A stretch of DNA of 64,000 nt from Moniliella sp. 'wahieum' (taxonomy: Eukaryota). Made by a program: the position numbers and the translations under genes. The stretch spans positions 186,001-250,000 of the forward strand of contig RSEE01000002.1 of assembly GCA_003971905.1 (NCBI GenBank), in the 5' to 3' direction. This document shows positions 52,992 to 63,096 of the stretch, one piece after another (position 1 is the first letter of the stretch; each line of letters starts with the position of its first letter). The notes below the pieces were generated by a model. It made no database searches. It saw nothing but the letters and a program-made list of their open reading frames with translations, and was not told the DNA's origin.

Positions 52992-53743
52992 ACAGCTCGC
53001 TCGGCGCTTATAAACGCTCTGCTTTGACTGGGTACTTCGTTCGCTTGCGAGCCTGCGTTGTTTCTTCGCTGACTCTTTAAGTCACTGTGGGTCCGTGTCT
53101 TCGGGGCCCCGTGATTAATGATTGAGGGTTGTGGTGATTGCCGTCACCGGTCAGGTGATGTGGTCACAGAGTCGCGGGGTCACGCTGGTCAAGGCGCAGA
53201 GTAAAAAGCTGCCATTATTAAACAAGTAGTACGTCTCAACGCTCAGTCGGAAGCGCGGAAACGCGAGGGCAGCCAGAAGCTGTGAAGATCTGAGAGGATA
53301 TTATATGAGATCTTTTTGAGGCGACACGTTATCTTCAGGATTATCGATGGTCTCGAGGATCTCGATGGTGGCAACAAAATCGCGGTATATACTCCTCCCC
53401 ACAGAAGGATTGTTTTTGTGATGGTACTAGAAGAAACAAAGACTTGGGTTCCTTAGGGCGACAAAAGGCAAGGAGAACAGAACAACTAAACAAAGCCGGT
53501 TTGTTCCAATAGTTCTTCGGCGTGAAGCCGGAAGCAAAGAGCAGAAGACATATGGGGCAAGGGGAGAAGGACAAGAGGAAAAGCGAGAGACGGGAGGCAG
53601 AGAAAGAGGGCATGTAAGAATATTAGAATAACGGCGTGACCGTATCATAAGCAATTCGCTCTTCTATACTCGGCATCATCATATTCGTTTATCCGCAAAA
53701 CCCATGCGACAGTGATCGGACTCGAAAAGACACTACTCTTCTG

Positions 53744-54475
53744 TGTCACGGGGCGACGGTTACGTCGCGCCACCTCTACTTCTTCATTGTCTCTCCCGCT
53801 TCTCGGCTTCTCTTCCTATCACTACTCAAGTTTTCTATCCTTCGCTCTCATGACTCGGATTCTCAGCACATCTACAAATCCATAACAAATCGTCTCTTCT
53901 CCTCTCGCGCTGGTCTAAAATCCAAACACTATACACATGACTTCGGCTGGCTCTCTCGTGTCGTTTCTCGTCTCGGGTCCGCTTGGCCCTTGACCCTCGC
54001 CTCGTCTCTCACCTCGTGCCTCTCGCGCTTGATCCTCACTTCTTCAATTTGACTCGTTTCCCTTTTGCTGTAGACCTGTTGGTCTTCTCCTTTTGTTCCC
54101 TTTATCTTCTATATAACCTGCCTGTTCTTAGATCCAATCGTGATGACCAAAGCCGCCCACCATTCTGATTCCTTCCATTCCCCTCATCCTTCTTCTAGGC
54201 AAACTCCACTCTAGAAGAACCACCTTTCCGATCAGCACGCTTGCCCTCCCTCGCCCTTCGGGACTCCCCGATTTCTCGTCCGGCCCCTAATGTGTAACCT
54301 CCCCGCGGACGCTGTCTGCTCTGCCCAACGAACACCAAGCACTACTCACGACCCACCAACGTTCACGCCAGTGCGCCCTGTGGACTTTGGATCTGAAACG
54401 CGTTCAGTCCTCCGTGAGTCTTGTCCCGATGGGCAGGGAAGGTCTCCGCCTGGGAAAAGCCAGCAACCCGTCACA
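53744..54475. mobile_element. Probable LTR (about 730 bp)
   Basis: TGTCACGGG...CCCGTCACA inverted termini (8/9); pyrimidine-rich non-coding interior; flanks TTCTG/TTGGG do not give a clean TSD. Confidence 0.55.
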
Positions 54476-54673
54476 TTGGGGGGGGGGGGCTCTCAGGGGA
54501 GATATCTAGTATCTTTCCCATTATATTACGAGTGTGTTAATCCACGTCTATAATAAATCCAGTTTGGGTCTCTTCCATCAGTATTAGGCCACACTGTTCA
54601 AGAAACTCCCCGGTGGTCTATTCCATCAGGAGTCCCTATACGCACCCATTCTTCGCCTTAGACCCTTCCTAGA

Positions 54674-54903
54674 TGTCGCAATCGTTCGTAGGGAAGAAGC
54701 AAGATCAGAGGACATGGTGTGAAGCGGAAGAGAGAGGCGGAGCGAGACGCTCGGGGGACGAAGAAATTGGAAGTGGGAGAGAGATCAGCCAAAATATGAC
54801 AGTAACGCTGCGTCAAGCGATCGAGGGAAGTTTTACGCTCGAGTGGGTCAAGCATATAGAGGAAAGGACGCCGGCAGTGCGAGGAAAGGGAAAGACTTCG
54901 ACA
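54674..54903. mobile_element. Second copy of the short LTR-like repeat seen at 46543
   Basis: TGTCGCAATCGTTCGTAGGGAAGAAGCAAGATCAGAGGACATG...GACGAAGAAATTGGAA...GAGATCAGCCAAAATATGACAG aligns by eye with 46543-46674; TGTCG...CGACA possible termini; no TSD. Confidence 0.6.
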
Positions 54904-55679
54904 AAGAGGAAGATCGCCTTACAAATGCCACATCAATGGAAAGCCGTCCGAAAACGACGGTATAAAGCAGGGAAGATATTAGCGGCCCGTCCCTGTGCCA
55001 CCAAATGTGTCGCCCAGGTGCCCTCCGGGTGCCTGTCAATTGGATGCCTGGTCGGTAGCCAGACTGGAGGGATACACGACGGCTGATCCTCCGTAGGACG
55101 GGATTATTTAGAAGCAGCGACGGGAGCACAGCCGGTCGACGATGTGTGAGAGAGAGAGGTATACTAGGAAAGGGTCGGTGCGGCACTAACACCGATGCCA
55201 ACACCGGAACTAGCACCCGCAGAGAGGGATGAGGCAGAGACGGATAGACGGGCTCATATGACGACGATAGCAACAGCAACGGTCAATGGTGGCAGGCAAG
55301 GAAGGCAGAAGTGCCGCCGCTCCATGCCCGGTACCAGCCTCTCCGCGATGTCACTGATGCATGTGCCAGGACGAAGGAAAAGCATGGATGTTTCGTGGCC
55401 ACGTTCTTCAGCGCTCCCCGGCTGAACTGAGCCTCAGCCTCACCAGCTGGAGCTACAAACTGCATCATCATGGTATGAGACTGCCTTCTCACGTTTTCAC
55501 CTCCCTCCTCTCAGTTGGCTTTCAAGCTTCAAGCTTCTGCTTCGAGCAGCTTCATGTATAAGCAAATGATGCCACATCAAAGGGCAATCAGAACCGGTAA
55601 GGCAGAACTCCGTTTCGCATGTCCCCCGTCAGGCCCGAGGGCCTCAAACTCTGAAGCTGAACCGTCATTTACCAATTAA

Positions 55680-56624
55680 TCATTCAGCAAAGGGAGCACC
55701 CAGCTCCTCCACAATCTGCGCCGCGCTCTTGATAGAGTTGATCCCTCCTGCCGACTCGGAGACGGCCCGCGGTACCATGGACTAGGTCCCCGTCCAGCAT
55801 TCCGATCTTGTACCCGCTGATGCCTTGATCAAGTGCCTCGACTCCTTGGAGTGGCGGGACAATACGTGTCCAGCCAGCCGCGTCAGAACCGATTTGGATC
55901 AAGTCCTCCGATTTGACCGCCAAAATGGCGTCCTTGCACGCCTGGGCCGCCCGGCACTCATTCGACATGACAAACCGGGTGCCCGCGTAACACCTTCTGC
56001 CCAAGGGCTTTGACTGCTGCCGCGCTCTTAGTCGAGATGCCGCCGGTCGCCATGACAGGGATGGTGAGTGCCTCAGAAATCTGGGAAACAATAACCAACG
56101 TGCTGATGTTGTTGAAGCTCAGCGATCCCCCAGATTCGGGCCCGTGGCCACTACATGTCCACGCCAGCCCGCTCCGCTTGCAGTGCCTTCTCGACGTAGG
56201 CGACAAATCCCGCCAAACAACCGTAACACCTGCATCCTTGAACGTCTTGATCTCATCCAGGTGTTCATTCGCTTCGGTAAGCTGACAATGCACACGACAG
56301 GAATGTGCTCTTGGATAATGACGTCCCGCATCGCAGCGACGAAAAGGCCTCGGGGAGCTCCTCCAGGGATGCCGGGGATACGAGTGATGTAGTTGCAAGC
56401 AAAGGGCTTGTCAGTCAATTGCCTCACCTTGCGGACCTCCTCCCGAAGATGCTCGCGAACGGCATCTGGGTCTGTTAGTGGCCCATAATACCCGCTTGGG
56501 GCCGAGTGTGCCCAGACCGCCCGCATTGCTCACAGCAGCAACCAAATTAGCATCCGTAATCCACGAGGGGGGCTTGGATAACGGGGTACTTGGTGCCCAG
56601 GATTTCAGTAACGCGGTTGCCCAT
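55680..56624 (-). CDS. Nitronate monooxygenase / FabK-like FMN TIM-barrel oxidoreductase, bacterial type, intronless
   Basis: MGNRVTEILGTKYPVIQAP..WITDANLVAAVSNAGGLGTLGP, EEVRKVRQLTDKPFACN, VATGPESGG, IPVMATGGI, AGTRFVMSNEC, GGINSIKSAAQIVEEL...AE*; several 1-nt frameshifts. Confidence 0.9.
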
Positions 56625-56652
56625 GATGGCTGATGAAGAAGTTGAGTATTGG

Positions 56653-56721
56653 TTGAAGGTTGAAGATTGAAGGTTGGAGCTTGAAGGTTGAAGATTGAAG
56701 GTTGGAGCTTGAAGCTTGAAG
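56653..56721. repeat. Degenerate (TGA-AGCT)n array containing an exact 28-bp duplication
   Basis: ttgaaggttgaagattgaaggttggagc x2 (56653-56708) then ttgaagcttgaag. Confidence 0.92.
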
Positions 56722-56945
56722 GGGGATTGGTGAGGCGCGAGGGAATGGCACTGAGAACACGAGATGAAGAAGAAAGCCAAGCTGTTATTATATTGTGCTC
56801 TAGTACTACTCACCCGAGTTGGGCTGAGACTCCGTTGTGTCGGTGTTGAACCGCCGACATTGACATGCGCTGACATAGAGGCGCCTGAAGTTCATGTTCA
56901 AGGAGCACGGGGGCGCAGCACCGCAAGCGCCGCAGCTGCAGCACC

Positions 56946-57206
56946 ATGCATCATGCATCAGTCGCAATCACATTGGGCCTTGGGCCTCGGGCTTTGAAAT
57001 TTGAGAGGTTAATCGATAATCGATAGCCTGCAGTGTCAACATGTCAACGTAGTCAACACATTGATGCATGGTGCATGATGCGTACGCGTCCAGACGCCTG
57101 GGCTTGCTCTCGCGTCTAGGTGTGGCTTAGCGCCGATAGACCCTGGGATGGCGTGACTGGGCTCACCGGTCACCGGTCAGCAGCACCATGCATCATGCAT
57201 CATGCA
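56946..57206. repeat. Cluster of TCA-TGCA, TAA-TCGA, CATG and TCA-CCGG heptamers
   Basis: catgcatcatgcatca; taatcgataatcgata; caacatgtcaac; tcaccggtcaccggtca (57163-57179); catgcatcatgcatcatgca. Confidence 0.85.
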
Positions 57207-57498
57207 ATCCAGGGATGCTTGGCCCGCAGGTGGAACACAAAAAATTAATCAAGCGTATGACACAGGAGCTGCCTGCGGTAGTCCGCGGTAACGGGTCGAT
57301 GTCCTGGTCTGCGAGAGCAGGACAGAGTCTGGTAGCCGGTAGAGCCGTGGACGCGTCTAGCGGGTAGGATACAAATCACAACTATTGGCTTGCAGTAACT
57401 AGTAACGTACAGAGTGTTCCCCACAGGCGCCGGTACTGGATGCGGCTGAAGCGCTGGAGCTATAGTGAAGCTCTCTTTTAGATATGACATCCTGGAGT

Positions 57499-57700
57499 CT
57501 GATCGATCTGAAGATCTGAAGCTTCCTTGAAGCTTGAAGCTTGAAGCTTGAAGAGAAGAGGAGGCGGTGCCGCGGTGATCCTGCCGCAGAGGCAATCGAT
57601 CGATGATTGATGACGCGAATGATCGATGACCCATGACGCGTGACGGCTGGGAGTGGCGCGTGACGTCGATGATCGACGACGCTCAAGGCATTCATTGATC
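57499..57700. repeat. Cluster of AGCT, TCGA and CGCG heptamers
   Basis: tgaagcttgaagcttgaagcttgaag (57528-57553); tgatcgatga; tgacgcgtga. Confidence 0.85.
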
Positions 57701-58463
57701 GACGAAAACCACAGAGCAGTAGCGGTTAAGTCAATTAACGCCTAGCGATATACAGTCTGACGGTGGCAGCAGTGTATTAGATGTCTGAGCATATGTTTTT
57801 CCAACGTTGCGTATTGGCTTTTCATTCATGCTGAACAACATGCTTACCGCTTAATACCTTCTCTGTCTCCTTCTCTCTGCACACCAGTTGCGTTAACGAC
57901 CAGGTGTGTGTGACCGCCATTATGTGGCCTTCTGACAGTCTCTATATCGCCCAGCCACCACTAGCCACTCTCGCTCCCCCCTCCACTCCGAACCAATAAC
58001 CAGTAACTTCGTTCCCCGCTGGCTCGCGCTGATAGCAACCGTAGCGACCAGCACCGCATCGAGCTTCAAGCTTCAGGAGGCTGAAAGCGCGCCTGAAGCT
58101 TCAGCCTGAGAAGCTTCAGAGCCTCAAGGGCGGGCCTCATCAATCATCAATCATCACGCATATGCCACACAACCGCGGCACACACGTCGACGGAAAGCGC
58201 TCTGTTCTTGTACACGACGCCTCAGAATACCTGTTCTCCTCAAGACCGCTCATTATCGACTCAAGCTCTGGCTCTTCGGGGTGATAGTTGGCACTCGATA
58301 TAATTATTATGATGCACGATGGGGGGATTTTCACAAACTCTGCTCCTCCGCAAAACGGAAACGTTCTGAACTGATTTGTTCTTGCCAGATTCGGATGGAG
58401 TGCGCTGTTACATGTTACATCTCACGATACGGGGACGAAGAGGATAAGGCAGTCGACCGCCTT

Positions 58464-59280
58464 TGTTACGGGCCGCGTCGGATCCAAGATGGTCTGATCC
58501 AAGCTAAGGCCCGCCTGCTCTGCACCAGCCCAGTGGAGCGCGCCCCCAAGCCCAACCAAGATTGACGATGGTTGGTTGTACCCTGTACGGTGGTCCGAGT
58601 TGACATGCGTACGCGCGACAGCAGTCGCCTCCCGCCCAAGTCCAAGTCGGTGGTCAAACAAGACCACCAAGTATTCAGTATCTTTGCGACGTCCGTCGCC
58701 CGTCACCACTTATTTCCTTTCTCGATCGCGCCTGCGGCGATCAACCCCTCTTTTGACGTGCCTTTCTTTCTACACCCCCTTGGTGTCTGTTTCCCTTTTT
58801 TTGATTAAGCCTGTACCCCCGGTTGGTGGGGATCTTTTCCTCCACCTCCATTTCGTCCCCTTTCCCGCCTATCCTGTCCGACTCCTGCCCGTTTCCAGCC
58901 AATTGATCCAGTACAGGCAGCTCTTCTTGTTAGCGTCCGACTTCTCCTCCGACCTCGTCCTCCAGCCCTTCGTCAGTCCAGTCGCGCGAGCCCTCCTTTG
59001 GCGGCGGCGATTCCCAGTCTCAGTTAAGGCAGTGTTTGTCCGCCGCTGCCTCCTCCCGTCCCTAAGTCCCGGAGGCTTCAGACACGTTACTACGGCCCAA
59101 GCCGTGCAGACGCAGCCTTGCCACACGTGCAGCCGCCCCACCAAAGGCCTCTCCTCGTCCCTAGCTCCGCTCGAATACACCAACCAGCCCAAGCCCGAAA
59201 CTACCGTGAGTCGTCCTTCCGTCTCCTAAGGGATGTACCCCAAGAACCTGGGTGAGCCCCCTGGCGGCCCGCCCGTGACA
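58464..59280. mobile_element. Solo LTR (817 bp) with perfect 5-bp target-site duplication
   Basis: Starts TGTTACGGGC, ends GCCCGTGACA (9/10 inverted match), flanked on both sides by GCCTT (58459-58463 and 59281-59285). Confidence 0.85.
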
Positions 59281-60206
59281 GCCTTGGATTATCGATTCGA
59301 TTATATGACTTTGAGCGCATGACTCAGATATACACAGCATCCACGTATAGCGAGAGAGCGCCACTTCGACTATTTGGTAAACACCAAAAAGTATGGATAT
59401 GAGGGATTTTTTGATGATAGTATAAGAAGAGCCGCGCGTTTGTCATTGAGTGGAACGGAGGTAAATATACACGTAAAACGCTGGAAGTGACTATGGTGAA
59501 CGACTGTACCGAAAAAAGCCGAAATAATGTGAGCAGAAATCCGGAGAGCAAAACGGTAGGGAGGGCACACACAATACACAACTATTATGAATGTTGGTGG
59601 TGTTACCTCTGTCACGGGCCAAGACGGGCTGGCAGATCGCAGCTTGACGGGCCGCACCAAAGAGAGGTGCTGTCGATCCGGGGGCGACCCAGATGGCTCA
59701 TCAGTATGTATAACTTGGAGGAGATAAACTTCGTTCATTGATATCATTACCGCACCTTTTCTAGAGAGAGACCGGGTATGAGAGTAGGAACCCAAAAGGA
59801 AGAATTCTTGCGCGTGTGAGTGGAGGACCTCTGTGAAGAAGAAGAGCAAAATGCAATGGCGATGGTGGTGGTTGATTTCTAAGCCTCACATGCCACACCT
59901 GGAAGAGACATGGGTTCAAACAAACCGGGGTGTAATGCACACGTGTCGGCTTCGGGGGTCAAAGGGGGAACGCAAGGTGCTTATATATAGGCTCTAGGCC
60001 TTAGGCCTTGTATTAGGAAGCCTCTCGGCCTTTCAGTTAATTTCATGCAGTTAATTTCATGCATACGAACGAATGCATCACTTTCAATGTTGCAATGAAA
60101 TTGCCTGGGCACGTGAATGTTAAAAAGTCAATCGCGTTTCTACTGAAATCCATTCAAATCATCACATTCAAGGCGCACAGAACTTGTAACGCCACCATCG
60201 CTCGCC

Positions 60207-61154
60207 ATGGCCACCACGGCCTTGTGCTGGCCATTGGCATCCAAAGTATCAGATCCACCTGGCATGCTCTCTGATGGTCCCCGAACTGGTATCCGCCGCC
60301 GCATACGCTCCTTGGGCCGCTCCACTGCTTCACGTCCTGGCCCCCGGGCGCCTGCTCGCCGCATTGGCCCGACGCGCCGTCGCGCCATGCTTCGCTCTCG
60401 GCTGGCTGGTGCAGCAGCATTGGCCTTGATTCAGTTTGCTGCCCCAACCTTGGTACGGGGTGTAGTACGTGAAGATGGGAACTGAGCCAAGTGGTGTCCC
60501 TCACCTTGCTTCGTACCATCTTGCCTCATACTTTGGTACCCGGTGAAGGGGGCCTCGCTGACTGGACGTTTGGGCTGCCGTGTCGCCTGTGCGAGGAGTC
60601 TGGCAGGCGTTTAACCAGGTCCCCTGGGCATGGGTTTACGCTGGGTATGCTGCCAGCTGTGCGGGCTTTGCCCTCTATCTCAGCTGGTTTGGTCACGTAT
60701 TGGCATTCTTGGTCCCGGGCTTACTTCCTGTTGGCCTCCGCGCTTGGGATGGCGCCGCCTTGGCCATGGGACGAACCATTCTACAGGACTATATTCGACC
60801 TTTGGAGCCCCAGTTGGATGCAATCTTTCAGCCCTCAAATTTGGACGCGATGCTTCCACCACAAGTGCGCCAAGCCCTGGAAAGGGCCACTGGCCCAGTT
60901 CGCACTTTGCTGCGCGGTGCATCTCCCGCCGCCGAAGCATTTGCTACTGCTGCGGCCAGTTTTGCCCGAGAGCATGGCCGCCCGCAGTGCACCGCATCAC
61001 TCGTCATATTGCTCACCGCGTGGCGGTGATGCTGGGAGCACCTGCGGTGGCTGTGAATGACGAGGGTATAGGGGGACTTTGCCCACCACCCCAACTCATC
61101 GCCGACGCTCCCTGTATCGACCCCCAGGGGACAATACTCCACCTCCCCCTATGA
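60207..61154 (+). CDS. Hypothetical membrane protein (orphan, frameshifted or spliced)
   Basis: Tiled ORFs with hydrophobic helices AGAAALALIQFAAPTL and [44 protein letters not shown] at about 59982 upstream. Confidence 0.45.
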
Positions 61155-61291
61155 AGCCATTGAACCTCATCGGCCTCGCGCCTCACTCACTCCTCATCCT
61201 CCGGGCATGCGGCTTTTCAGACCCGTACCCCTGCAAGGAGGAGTGCACATCTTGGGTGGGCGCATAGACCTGATTTCCCTCTGGGGAAGAC

Positions 61292-62133
61292 ATGGCCCCT
61301 GGATCTTGGTCCAGCGAGGTGGCTCGGATGATGTCCGCCGTTAACCAGCGTGCCACTGAGATTATGGCCCAAGGCCATGTTCCGGTGCAGGAGGCACTGA
61401 ATTCACCTGATCGATCCAATATCGGGACTTCCCGCCCTCCCCCAGCCACCGAGGCGATCGATCTAACCCTCGAAGAGGAGGATGACGAAGACACCAGTTA
61501 TGCTTTTCGTCGGGCATATGCGTTTATGCATAGCGATTCTCATCCACGTCCGAGGGCTGGAAATTCCCACAAAGAAATCGGGCGACTGACCACGAAGACG
61601 AGATCGAGATCAATACTGCCCCGCCTCGGACACGCCCTCGGCGCGCCCCTTCTACTCCTAATGGTGGAGCGTCACGCACCGGCGTAGCACGGAACGGCCC
61701 GGCATCTCCTTCCTCTGCTAGAGAGGCTGGGAGAGCAAAAACTCAGGGTGCTACTCGTGGCGGCGGTCGTGGGAGTCAGAACGCTGGTCGTGGTGACGGT
61801 TCTACCTCGAGCCAACGTAACAATGGTCGTGCTGCGACCTCACACCCATCTCCCTCGTCAGGGTTATCAAGGGGACGGGGACGGGGACGGGGACGGGGAA
61901 GAGGAGGAGGAGGAGCTGATCGGACCGCTGCCTCGTCCCGTGTTCAGGCAAATAGCGGAACGGACAGGGCAAGAGCGGGGACTGTCCGGCGAAGGCCTGC
62001 AACTGACCCACCACAGGATGGACTAAGCCAACCCCCTCGCCAGCGAAGGAAAGTGCGAACAACTGACCTGGATGAATTCATTGTCTCCGACCCTGGGTCG
62101 GACGACAACGATGATAGCTCGTATCAGGAGTAA
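61292..62133 (+). CDS. Hypothetical disordered protein with SIM-like motif and RG repeat
   Basis: 61292 ORF (MAPGSWSS...EAIDLTLEEEDDED) appears to continue in another frame as a stop-free stretch 61534-62133 absent from the ORF track: ...SRGRGRGRGRGRGGGG...PRQRRKVRTTDLDEFIVSDPGSDDNDDSSYQE*. Confidence 0.55.
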
Positions 62134-63096
62134 TTCTCGCTTCGGTATCAACCTCCATTCAACGTTCTACACTCATCGTTCCAACTGGTTTGGCATGACC
62201 CACCATCGCCCCCGACGGTCTGGGGCTGGACCCAAGACCCACCTGTCAATCCATGTACATTGATTACGGCTAACAGAATGTCAACAACCCCCTTTTCTCG
62301 TATTCTAATAGCAACACTCATCGCTACAATCCACGAGGTTATTGCTTCACAGGCGATAGACTGATTGCAGCAGTGATCTCTGTCATGGACGAAGAGCAGC
62401 CGCAACTCTGGCCAGTGTGGGACAGTCAACCCGTGACGACCAGCGAGCGAGACGAGGCGGGGAAAGCGTGCATCGTTGTGCCGTGGTCCGCGAAGTGTAA
62501 CAGCAAATGTTATGCCAGAGGGAGGTACTCGGCGTAAGAAGGGTGTCGAGCGCAAAAGGATCTCAGACCCGATTCTCTCTCTTTACTCTGCACCCAGCGA
62601 AAAGCGGGAAGGATATAGTCTGTAGAAAGGTAGTGAAAACAGAGATGGCTATCGATGATCCAGAGGAAAAGAAACCACCTCAAGGGTAAGTTTACAATGT
62701 CTCGCTCGCTCATTTGTCTCGCTACATCGTGTTTAGAAGCGAACTATGGCAGGAACGGTAGCAGAGGGCCTCGAACTGCTGGCGACTCCATTGGTCTCCT
62801 AAATGGGTCGGCATGAACAAGCCGCACACACTGGGTGAGGAAGCATAATAGGCGCAGCGTTTCTATGTCCTAGTCTTAACGTCTGTAAATGATATTATGG
62901 ATACAAAGGGAGCGATGAAGAGGGGAAAGGGATCAAAAGTGGTGGAAAACTCCCTGTAAAAGCTGATTCCGACTTGATCAACAACCAAAAAAAGGAATGA
63001 CGAAGCCTGAGCTCCAGTGACCCTAGAGGGCAAAAGAGGGCATCGAAACTCTGCCTTTACCCTTCCACTTTTGTCGAAATGGCAAAGGCAGCACTG

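Noticed and set aside
53417..53649. Purine-rich TGTGATGG-initiated segment as another LTR
   Set aside because: Right terminus and TSD could not be identified convincingly.
54930..55430. Possible degenerate gag remnant after the LTR-like repeats
   Set aside because: No intact CCHC knuckle or protease/RT motif readable in any frame.
39601..56624. ABC transporter + ManC + secreted protein + NMO as a biosynthetic gene cluster
   Set aside because: No backbone enzyme (PKS, NRPS, glycosyltransferase) is present and the genes are separated by long repeat-rich spacers; no coherent pathway can be supported.
59300..59900. Minus-strand 159-aa hydrophobic ORF beside the solo LTR
   Set aside because: Non-ATG start, hydrophobicity explained by A-rich plus strand, no family recognised.
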